Origin: Stegostoma tigrinum
Taxonomy: Eukaryota
Assembly: GCF_030684315.1 (NCBI RefSeq)
Contig: NC_081396.1
Coordinates: 3,286,001-3,350,000, forward strand
Direction of reading: 5' to 3'
Length of the DNA stretch: 64,000 bases
The notes beneath the pieces were generated by a model. It did no database searches. It saw only the letters and a program-made list of their open reading frames with translations, and had not been told where the DNA came from. The position numbers were made by a program, and so were the translations under genes. Each line of letters opens with the position of its first letter. The first letter of the stretch is position 1. Shown here piece by piece: positions 11,305 to 22,455 of the stretch.

Positions 11305-14300
11305 AAAATCAGTCATATAATTCCGGGGAGGAAAATTGTCATACTCACGTGGTCTGATGTCCATGCGACTCCAGCCATAAAACAAAATGTTTGACTGTCA
11401 AATGGCTTAGCAAGCCACTCAGTCTTAACAATTGCTGGAAATATCGCAACAATGGAATGAAAGTAAATGTACGACCCGACATTGATCAAGGCACTGGAAG
11501 AGATATTGGCACAAACAACCTTGTGTGTCAAACTTGCAAATTCCCTGTTACTAACATCTGGCAACAAGTGCCAAATTCAGAATAGCTTTCTCCCAGACTG
11601 GTCAAGCAACAGCCTGATTATATCTTCATCGTTTAAATACAATCACCCAAACATCACTATCCCTGAATATTCCATGTTCCTTCAGCAGGGCATATCCGCC
11701 ACAGGTGGCAACACAGTGATATACAGACGGAAGGGAGTTACTTTCATAGCTGTCAATGTTCCTTCTGGTCCTGTGAATTCTCATGGTTTCAGGTTAAACA
11801 AATGGGCAAGGAAAACACGTTGTGATTTTTACATGGGTCTTCTCTCAGCTAATGAAAAAATATTCCTCAATGTTGAACAACATCTGGGGAGAGCACTCAA
11901 GGTGGCAAGGATGCAGAATACATTCTGGGATGGGAGACTGCCGAACTATGAACCGTGTTTCTCGGATCTTGAAGGATATAGCTGTTAGCCTGTGTCTGCA
12001 GCAGCTGATGAGGAGACCGACAAGAGGGAAATGAAATGTTTGAACTCATCCTTCCCAAGGTCTGGCTGCGGTTGCATCTGTCGATGACAATATTAATAAG
12101 ACCGGTCACCAGACAACCAATATGGATAAGAAGCACCAACATCACATTGAGAATACCCTCCGTTGTGCTGTTTGGCGCTCTCAGCATGCTAAAAGTAACT
12201 CAACACCTGGCATTAATGAGGTGACTTGGCCATTGGCATAACTCCACCAGAATATGTAACCTTATGGTTCTGCATATTCCCCACTCGAACACTATGACCA
12301 AGAGAGGCAATCAGCCCTGGTTTTATGGAAAGTGCAGGATTCCAGCCCAGGAAAAGTACCAGAGGAGAGGTTTCAACCTTGTGTAGCTACCACACAGAGA
12401 CTACTAACATTCCAAACAGCATTAACAGCATGTGATGGGCAGCACTAAGTGAACTTACAATTAACGGATCATATCTAACCACTTCTGTGCTTTCTCGTCA
12501 AGTCAGGGATGGCACAATGGTTCAGTGGTTAGCACTGCAGCCTCACAGCGCCAGGGACCCGGGTTCGATTCCAGCCTCGGGCGACTGTCTGTGTGGAGTT
12601 TGCACACTCTCTCTGTGTCTGTGTGGGTTTCCTCTGGGCGCTCAGGTTTCCTCCCACTGTCCAAAGACATGCAGTCAAGATGGATTGGTTATACTAAATT
12701 GCCTGTAGTGTTCAGGGCTGTGTCAGTTATAGGGGGATGCGTCTGGGTGGGATGCTTCAAGGGGCAGTGTGGACTTGTTGGGCAAAGGGCCTGTTTGCAC
12801 ACTCTAGGGAATCTAATCTAATCTAAAGCCATGAATTGAGGTGAACAATTCAACAACTCATCCGAAGAGGAAACGGCAAAGACACTCCCATCTTCAAAGT
12901 TGGAGCCTTACGTATCAGCACAAACGTTAAGGTTGAAGAATTAAGAGCAATTATCAACCAGTAGTGCCAAGTGCATGATCCATCTTGGCTTCCACCAGTT
13001 GTCACTAATATTACAGATACCAGTTTTAAGCCAATTCGATTCTCTCCAAGGATATTAACATTCGGTTGGGGCTGTTGGACACTGCAAAGGTTATGGGATC
13101 TGACAAGATTCTGTCAACAGTACGGACGAAATGTTCTCCGACCTACCACTCCATGAGCCAAGAGCTTCCAAAGAACTTACAACACTGGCACTGACCAGAT
13201 AATGTTGAAAATTTTTCAGACAGTAGAATAATCCAGCCCAGCGAATTACTGCAGCAAAATGTAACCCTCTATAATCTGTAAGGTGTTTGAAGATGCCATT
13301 AACAGTGCGTCAAAGCAGTATTGGCTCAGCAAATGCCTGGTCAGTGACGCATTGTGGGTGTTTTCCAAGGGCGACTCAGCTCCTGACTGAATACCAGCCT
13401 TTGTTCAAAGATGAACAAAAACTGAGCCCCACAAGTGAGGGAAGATTGACACCACTTGTCAACAAGGTCTCATTCCACCGAGTTGGGCATCGAGTGTGCC
13501 TTTCAACATTGGAATCAATGAGCTTCAGATGACAAACTCTTCACTGCCTGGAGACATAACTTGCAAGCATGAAAACGGTTGTGGTTGTTTGAGTTCATTT
13601 GCCAGCTCCAGGACATCTCTGTCAGAGTTTGTGGCTCGTGTCATTTGCCCAATTATGTAGAGTAGATTCACTGGTCCAATTATCTTCAGCTGCTTCATCA
13701 GTGAGCTCCAGTCTATCATAAGTTCAGATATGAAATGGGCACTGATGATGTCACAATACTCAGCATGTTCCGTAACTCCTCAGAAATCGAGGCAATATCT
13801 ATTGAAATTCATCATGTTCTGTCTCCTATCCAGACGTTGGCAGACAATTGGCAAGTAGCATTCACACCACAAAACTGCTAGACAATCAAAAATGATAATT
13901 ACAGACAAGCAAACCACAGCCACCTGACATTCAATGGTGTTACCATCACTGAATTCACCGATCTCAGACGTCTGGGATTTCTTATCGAATTGAAACCGAA
14001 ATGGAGCAACATATAAACACATTAGTGATAAAAACAGGCCAATAGCCAGGAATACTGTGATAACTTGCCCGTCCTGCTAAGTCCCCATAGCCACCTATTA
14101 TCGAAGATGGTAGTCCTCCCCATCTGCCCGAATGGGTGTCACGTCAATTTCACTCAAGAAGCTTGACATAATCAGGAACACAGCAGCCCATTTGAATTGT
14201 AGCACATCCACGAGCAACCAGTGTCTCCAAATCTGACATTGAGCTGCTTGAGTATGTAGTGTGTACAGAATATACCGCTGAAATTTACTAGTATCCTTTG

Positions 14301-14560
14301 ACAACATCTTCCTAACCCACCACCACTGCTATCTCAAAGGACAAGAGGGTCAGATACACAGGAACAGTAACACCTGCAAGCTCCACTCCAAAATACTCAC
14401 CATTATGACTTCGAAGTACATCAGCCATTCATCAGAGTAACTCACTCAAAATCCTGGAATTCCATTCCTAAGGGTATTTTGGACCCTGCATTTCAGAAAG
14501 GTAGCTCAACGTAATGTTTTTGAGTGAACGAATGACAGGTAATAACGACCACCCCCGACC
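11305..14560 (+). mobile_element. Long degenerate LINE (APE endonuclease + RT), interrupted by a SINE
   Basis: LVKQQPD-type endonuclease start at ~11600, PWF at ~12315, RT remnants at ~13340-13750. Same family as 2.5-3.8 kb and 21.7-22.4 kb. Confidence 0.72.
12506..12826 (+). mobile_element. HE1-type tRNA-derived SINE with (AATCT)n tail
   Basis: A box TGGTTCAGTGG, B box GGTTCGATTCC, conserved body, tail aatctaatctaatct. Confidence 0.9.
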
Positions 14561-15874
14561 CCGTATTCCACCAGTCAACCTAAGAAAAGATTCTTGAAGC
14601 GAACTCGACGGTTTGATAACGTGGTTAAAGAGACATTGTGAGTATTTGGTCAGCATTCAAAAGCTTGCAGTCACTTCGCAGAGGCAGGATTTCAATTTCT
14701 GCCATTATGGCTTCAATTAATTAAAGGAATTGAAATGAAAGTGCTAGCCAAATCAGCGATAATCACGCACTTCCCAAAGTTTTTTGATAAGCCCACATGG
14801 CTCAGTAATGTCCTTCAGAGGAGGACGTCTGACCTTTCTGCCTGGTCTGTCCAATTTGTTCCACAATAAGGGCCCTGTTCCTTTAAAGTCCCGAATCTGA
14901 ATATGAAGACAGTCACTTGTTTTAAAACTTCTTCAGAAAAATAAGCCATAATTAGTTCACCAAGACAGTAACATTAGAAAACGGTCAGCGACGACCACAT
15001 TCTTGGGATACGTAACTAACTTGTTCAAATTTCAACCAAGAGTTTTAAAAGTGCAAAGTGTGCTGGATAGCAGAAATGTGAAAGGAATTCAGAGTAGGAA
15101 TGCTGGAAACAGGCAGTAGGTGATTCAGGTTCAGCAGAGACAGAATCTGTTACAGGTTTGAGATCGATTATTCAATGCGAAGTCACCTATGATCTTATTA
15201 CAAATGCAAATATCAATTAATTCCAATTGCTGTGGCACATTCTGATGCCTCTTTCAAGTTTTTTTTGGAAAATTTTAAAACGCAACTTGAGCTATGTTGA
15301 GGTCTTCGATATGTTCCCATCAAAATAGATGAATATATCAGTCAATTGAACTTTAGACTAAATCTAGTCGTACAGAAATTTGTCATTTCCAGTGACTGTG
15401 GGACTTCCATGACTTAATTCATAACCGAAATTAAAAATTAAATTTGTGCTTATCGTTTGGAAATATGTAACGTCTGTTGCAACTGATTTTCAGAAAATTT
15501 GTATTCATTTCTGCGAACTGTTAACAAGCTTAAAATAAACTTGTTTTGATTTGAACGATATCAGTAAACAACTTCGATCACCTGGCTTTGTCGCTTCGCA
15601 GAAATCAATGAAGCATATATGTAAATAAACACATAAATAGAACTCTAAGAATAGATCATAAAACAGCAAAAACACAATTTGTGTTTCTCCATAAACACAG
15701 CACACAAGTGTTGGCGAAAATGCAAATGACTCAACAGGTTCCAATCGTAATTGATGTGAAGGCTTCATAAATTTTAAGCTGTACGTTTATAGAATCAGGG
15801 TGTACAAAATCTTTTGTATGTCCAACAAATGTATCCATAATTGCGAGATACATTGACACGGCCAATACTTCGTT

Positions 15875-15980
15875 TTCTGTCTCTCTCTCTCTCTCTCGTT
15901 CTCTCTTCCCCTACGAATTTTTTGTCTTTGTGTGTGTGTGTTTCTGTCTCTCTCTGTCTCTCATTCTCTCTTCTCCTCCG
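15875..15980 (+). repeat. Compound (CT)n/(GT)n microsatellite
   Basis: ctctctctctctctctc ... tgtgtgtgtgtg ... ctctctctgtctc. Confidence 0.85.
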
Positions 15981-17523
15981 GGGTTCATTTTTTTTTAATA
16001 TGTGACGCCGTGTTTTGACTCTCGACCATCAGAAGACGTTTTTCATCATAACTTGAAGTCAACGCCTAAATAAGATATATTTTTCCAAACTAAAGCAATT
16101 CTTTCTAGAGACATTTGACATCGTAGAGCAAGGTTTTCTCAAAACTGTATCTTTGAGTATTCAGTGTCCTAGAAGTGCGTGATGGGAACCGACAGAGGAA
16201 TCTTTGAACAGAATCAAAATTGTCTTGTATTGTGGCTGTGAGACTTTACTGTGATTATGTTGAAAGAATTTTTCATTGTATCTCACCAGTATTACTCCTG
16301 TCTAAAGCATGTTTGATCGCACAGTGTAATGCACTTTCTGTTTGAAAGGCTCTGCTTCGATGTTGTGTTGTGCAGAACCTATGAGTCTGTCAGTTTTAAG
16401 GCATATTCGATGTAGATTTATTCAGCATCCAAAACATACAGCATTTGACACTGCAGGGATTCTATTCTTCTATATTTATTTTGTTGTTTGGAGCAATGTA
16501 GTGGGAGATTTATTCTGAACACAATGTGAGATGTACAATCACTGAAAATATCTCATGTGACAGTGTAAAGGTGCCTTCAACTCCTGCTATTGTCTCCCTG
16601 ACTTCGGAATGTTTAATACCAGAATTAAATGGGAACAAATTCCTACATTAAACTTTTGCGTCCCAAATGTCTGTTCTGTGTGTGTCGAGGTAGAAAACAT
16701 ATGATATGTACAATGTGCGGAACTTCCACAATCCACCTGACAACGGTGTGTTTGATATGGCAGTTTAAATGTTGTTTTAATCTGCTTTTACCTTTTCTGT
16801 AGAAGCCTTGGTTGTGTTTGATAAATCTTCAACAAAATTTAAGGTATATATATTTAGTCACTATCTTAGAGAAAGGATGCAATCACGTCAAAGAGGGCCA
16901 AAGGATATCTATGAATGATGGTATGAAAACCTGTCTTTTTTTAACAAGGAGAAAAAAATTGAAGCACCTGTGTTGTTCTCAGAAAACATACAATTGAGGG
17001 GGAATATAGGTGAGACCAATAATAATTCTGAAGTCAGTAATTAAAAGCAAACGTCAATGATAATGTCAAAACAATTTGAACCAGAAGTTGGCATTCTTTC
17101 GATGGAATTTGTTCGTCCAGACAATGACAGTATGGTTGAAATGATATCCATCACCTCCGCTTTTCAATCCTTTACTAACAAGCATTGATTCCATCACTAA
17201 TTCAAAATATGTCCATTTCACCTTTGGAAATACTTAAGAACCAACCTCGAAAAAATTCCATGGTAAAGAATTCCACAGATTCACTACCTTCTATTTGAGG
17301 AAATTATTTTCTGCCTGAGCTTTGTACCTTTAATTCAGAGATGACATCCTTTGCTCCTGAAAGGTGGAAACATCTGTGCATTTAAACTAAAATTATACCT
17401 GCTTCAAAATGTCACTACTCAATCTTCTATATTCCAATTACGACAGGCCAAAAACATACAATTTCCACTCCCAAGACAGGCCACCACCCTCAGGATCAGT
17501 CAAGTGAACCTCATATAGATTGC

Positions 17524-18606
17524 GAGGCTGGATGAACACAGCAGGCCAAGCAGCATCTCAGGAGCACAAAAGCTGACGTTTCGGGCCTAGACCCTTCATC
17601 AGAGAGGGGGATGGGGGGAGGGAACTGGAATAAATAGGGAGAGAGGGGGAGGCGGACCGAAGATGGAGAGTAAAGAAGATAGGTGGAGAGGGTGTAGGTG
17701 GGGAGGTAGGGAGGGGATAGGTCAGTCCAGGGAAGACGGACAGGTCAAGGAGGTGGGATGAGGTTAGTAGGTAGCTGGGGGTGCGGCTTGGGGTGGGAGG
17801 AAGGGATGGGTGAGAGGAAGAACCGGTTAGGGAGGCAGAGACAGGTTGGACTGGTTTTGGGATGCAGTGGGTCGGGGGGAAGAGCTGGGCTGGTTGTGTG
17901 GTGCAGTGGGGGGAGGGGATGAACTGGGCTGGTTTAGGGATGCAGTAGGGGAAGGGGAGATTTTGAAACTGGTGAAGTCCACATTGATACCATATGGCTG
18001 CAGGGTTCCCAGGCGGAATATGAGTTGCTGTTCCTGCAACCTTCGGGTGGCATCATTGTGGCAGTGCACGAGGCCCATGATGGACATGTCATCAAGAGAA
18101 TGGGAGGGGGAGTGGAAATGGTTTGCGACTGGGAGGTGCAGTTGTTTGTTGCGAACAGGTTCCCCTGCAACCGCAGGAAATGCTACACTTGTCCCCACAC
18201 CTCCTCCCTCACCCCCATCCCAGGCCCCAAGATGACATTCCACATTAAGCAGAGGTTCACCTGCACATCTGCCAATGTGGTATACTGCATGCACTGTACC
18301 CGGTGCGGCTTCCTCTACATTGGGGAAACCAAGCGGAGGCTTGGGGACCGCTTTGCAGAACACCTCCGCTCAGTTCGCAACAAACAACTGCACCTCCCAC
18401 CTATCTTCTTTACTCTCCATCTTCGGTCCGCCTCCCCCTCTCTCCCTATTTATTCCAGTCCCCTCCCCCCATCCCCCTCTCTGATGAAGGGTCTAGGCCC
18501 GAAACGTCAGCTTTTGTGCTCCTGAGATGCTGCTTGGCCTGCTGTGTTCATCCAGCCTCACATTTTATTATCTTGGAATCTCCAGCATCTGCAGTTCCCA
18601 TTATCT
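17524..18606. mobile_element. Penelope-like retroelement (GIY-YIG) insertion with 163-bp inverted ends and 14-bp TSD
   Basis: 18157-18399 encodes FPCNRRKCYTCP...FTCTSANVVYCMHCTRCGFLYIGETKRRLGDRFAEH (GIY-YIG domain with Cys motifs). 17524-17686 is a near-perfect reverse complement of 18397-18559. TSD CTCATATAGATTGC at 17510-23 and 18607-20. Confidence 0.92.
18481..18510 (+). ncRNA. Minimal hammerhead ribozyme motif within the Penelope terminal repeat (mirror copy on - strand at 17573-17602)
   Basis: CUGAUGA-a-GGGUCUAGGCCC (stem II)-GAAAC-GUC: the core consensus of the minimal hammerheads known from Penelope-like elements. Activity is not shown. Confidence 0.65.
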
Positions 18607-18709
18607 CTCATATAGATTGCTTTGTATTGCAATGTATCTTCCCTTCGAAACGAGGCCCAGAACATCTCTCAATATTCCAGCTATTGTGTGTCTAGTGATT
18701 GCATAGTTA

Positions 18710-21340
18710 TGCTGAACAGACATGCCAATCTGGCCTACTTCCATTTGCCGGCATTTGGCTCATTCCTCCAAGGTGTTCCCAGTCGAATGCCCATCCAAAT
18801 GTCTTTAATGTGGTGTATTTGTAAACGCCTCGAACACTTCCTCTATCAGCATCACCACCTCGCCCCCACCACACCCGCCACGGCAGAAGCTTTACCCTCT
18901 CAGGTCATTTTTAAACGTTTCCCCTGTCGCCTTAATCCTATATCCTGTAGTTTTGGACTCGACATTTCAGTATAATGGTCTTGTTCATTCAATCTATCAA
19001 TGCTCCTCATGATGTTATAAGTATCAACACAGTCACGGCAGCCTCTGAAGTCGCGGGAAGAAACATCCAAGTCTATTCAGACCCTGCCTGTAGCTACAAA
19101 ACTCCAAATCTGGCATCATCCTTGTACATCTTTGCTTCACCCTGTCAAGTTTAACAAATCCTTCCTATCAAAGGTCGACTAGGATTATGCACAGTATTAC
19201 AAAAATGGCCTCACGAATGTCCCACACAGAAGCAACATGACATTCAAACTCCATTATTTGCAGTTATGACCAATGAAGCCAAATACCTTCTGAGCCACCC
19301 TGTCCCCCTGCGAGTCGACTTTCAAGGAACTATGCATCTGTACCCCAGGCCTCTTCGTTCAGCAACACTCACCGGTGCCCTTCTATTAACTGAATAAGCC
19401 CCGACCTGCTATGCCTTGCCAAACGCCAAACCTCACATTTTCTAAACTAAACCCCAACTGACAATCACAGAATTGCATTGTCATACACAAAAAAACAAAC
19501 TCAACTGTACCACCAATCCATGCCGACGATATTCCCAAACTAAATTATTCCCACATACCTGCTCTTGGGCCTTCTACCTCCAAAGCTTTCTTGCTCACAT
19601 TCTCCAACAAATATTTCTAAATTCTGTAATTGTATCCATATCAATCACTTCTTCTGAAACTTCATTCCACAAATGAACACTCCCAGAACATGAGATAGCT
19701 TTGGGAAATGCAATTATAGAGAAACCCCAGAAGAGTAACCAGACAGAGAACTAGAAAACATAAAGATCAATGAGCCCAACTGTTCGTGGAACTGCAGGTG
19801 ATAGATCAGATACTCAGCAAGGATTTTGCGTCAGTGTCACAGTAGAGAAGGTGATATAAGCTGAAGATGTTTGGCAAATAAGGAGCGAAAGCCTGAACAA
19901 TATCCATACTACAGAGGAGGATGTGTTGTACTTCTTAAAAAGAATTAAGGTGGATCAGTCTCCGGGGCTCCATCAGATGTCGCCTCGAAATTTTTGGGAA
20001 GCTTGGGAAGTGATCACTGGGCACCTTGTTGAGATAGTTGCATCATCAATAATTACAGCTGAGATGGCGACAGAGTGGAGTTGAGCTGATGTGGTGACAT
20101 TAACAAAGAAACGTGGTGAGGCAAAGCTAGGGATCTGTAGACAGCATCTGTGACTGAGGTCAATGGTGAGCAAGGTGTTGGAAGGGACTCTGAGGGAAAA
20201 GTTTTACTTGCATTTGAAAAGGCAGAAATTGGTTCGAATACTAGACATGGCTGAGTCAATGGTAATTTGTTTCTAACTAACTTAATTGATATTTTTGAAG
20301 GCATGTGGAAGAGAATTGAGGAACCCAAAGCATGGGATATGGACTCAAGTGAGGCTTTTGAAAAGGTTCTTCATGGCAGATTGGTTAACAGGTTTAGACC
20401 CCACGGAATACAGGGGAAAACAATCTTTGGGCAACATAATTCACTGGAAGATAGCAGGCAGTGGATGGAAGTAGAGGGTTGCTTTTCAGACTGGAGGCCT
20501 ATAACAAGTGGTGTACCGCTAGGATTGGTGGTGGATCTATTTTTTTTTCATCATTTACATAAATGATTTGAATGTTAGTATAACAGCAAGTTTTAGTAAG
20601 TTTCCGGAAGACAGCAAAGTTCATCATGAAATGGACAGCAGAGAAGCTTACATTAGAGTGTAATCAAAATGTCATCCAAAGGGACAATGGCCCAAAAAGT
20701 GACAGAGGTTGCAAAGTTAGATATATTAGTGGTGCTGCATTCTGATAGGGCAAATCAGGGCAGCATTCATATACTTATGGCTCTCGGGCGTGTTGCCAAA
20801 TAGACAGGCTTTGGACTGCAGTTTTGTATTCCCTCAAAAGTGGAATAACGTGTAAGGCAGGGCCGTCAGTACAGTGTTTATTGTGCTTGCTTTTACTGGG
20901 AAGTGAACTGAGATTGGAAATGGGACAGCATGTTATTGTTGTACAGCTGCACCGGGCACTGTTTTGGGCACTTTTGGAATGTGCATTTATTTCTGTCTCC
21001 CTGCCTTAGGAAATATGTCATTGAATTGAAAATTTTCAGAGAGGATGTAAAAGTTTATTCCCAAGTTTGGAGAGTTATAGCGCTAGCGAGAGACTGAATA
21101 GGCTGGTATTATTTTCCCAAGAGTGTCGGAGGCTGAGTTGTATATTTTAAAGTGCAGACAAATACTTGCAAGCATCAGTTTTATTTGACAGCAGAAGAAT
21201 TTGGAAGAGAAATAATGGAAGGCTTTACAGGGATATGTGCAAAATGCTGGAAACTGAGACCAGATTAAATTGGGACATCTGTTCGGCTGCTACGAATTCG
21301 GTGGAAGAGTCTGTTTCTATGCCTTCTGTCTTTATGACAC
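18710..21340. mobile_element. Degenerate CR1 fragments (minus strand ~18.7-19.45 kb, plus strand ~19.75-21.34 kb)
   Basis: Plus part has KVDxSPG, FxKVxHxRL, SDWRPITSGVP and HLExCxxFxSP remnants; minus part is a reverse-complemented CR1 3' end. Confidence 0.7.
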
Positions 21341-21744
21341 TATCCAGCCTCTCCCTGTAAAGCAAACCATCCATGTGAATAAATCTTTCCTGATCATGCC
21401 CCAATCTAATAGTATCCTTCCTATCACTTTTTCACATGTATTTCAATGTACAGCCTGATGATATTGCCATCATTTAACTGAAACTAGCACTCAATATTGA
21501 TTCTGGAACCACAAAGCCACATGGTTTCGTGTTAAACATTGACAAAAAAAGACCTTCTGATTACTATGTGTCATCTTCGTTCAGCAGATGAATGTGTCCT
21601 CCTCTATTTTGAACATCATTTGGGTTAAACACTGAAGGTGTCAAGGGTGCAGAATGCATTCGGGGAAGGTGAGTTCAATGTACACCACTAGGCATGGCCG
21701 CACTCCTGAGCGAGTTGCTCGGGTCTCAACAGACGTAGATGTTC

Positions 21745-22450
21745 GACTGGGTCTGCAGCAGCTGGTGGGGGAAGCAACAAGAGGGAAAATCTGTGTTTGA
21801 ACTTACTCTTCCCTACTGTTTGGCTGCAGACAATATCAAATAAGAATGATAACCAGACAATCATTGTGGAAACCAAGTCTCAACTTCATATTGAGAATAC
21901 TCTCCATTGTGTTGTTTGGCACTCTCAGCATTCCAAATGACACAGATAAAGTAACTCAACGCTTGGTATTAATGGGGTGATTTGGCCATCAACACAATCA
22001 GAATTATTCTCCAGTACAATTTGCAACCTCATAGTGCTGTTTATTGTGCACTGAAAAAAATGACCAAGAGAGGACATCAGCCCTGGATCAATGGAAAGTA
22101 CAGGATGCCATCACTGGAACAGCAGTAGAGAAGAGGTTTCAACATGGTGAAGCTAACACAGAGGGACAATGATGATGCCAAACAACATACACAGCACATG
22201 ATGGACTTGGCTAAGGGAACACACAACTAACGGATCAGGTCTAACCTCTGTCATGATGCCACATCAATTCATGATTTGAGAAGGATAATTAAATAACTCA
22301 TCGGTGGAGAGAGCTCCACAGATATTCCCATCTTCAAAGATGGAAGAGACCAATACATCGATGTAAATGTTAAGGCTGAAGAATTAACAGCAATCATTAG
22401 CCAGAACTGTCAAGTGAGTGATCCATATTGGCATCCTCTCATGGTCACAG
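21745..22450 (+). mobile_element. Degenerate LINE fragment paralogous to 11985-13005
   Basis: Collinear with the 11.3-14.5 kb LINE, lacking its SINE insertion. Confidence 0.75.
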
Positions 22451-22455
22451 CATCT

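Larger units (their letters stand above)
15205..18710 (+). repeat. Copy A of an old local duplication (paralog at 26355-28715)
   Basis: Collinear matches seen by eye: 15211 tatcaattaattccaattgctgtggca vs 26361 tatcaattaatttaaattgcagtggca; 15636 aatagaactctaagaatagat vs 26797 aatagaactctcagaatagat; 16868 gagaaaggatgcaatc vs 27951. The Penelope insertion is present only in this copy. Confidence 0.85.

Noticed and set aside
15505-15768. Hydrophobic 87-aa minus-strand ORF in the duplicated core
   Set aside because: The paralogous copy has indels and no matching ORF in the track; the hydrophobicity reflects T-richness.
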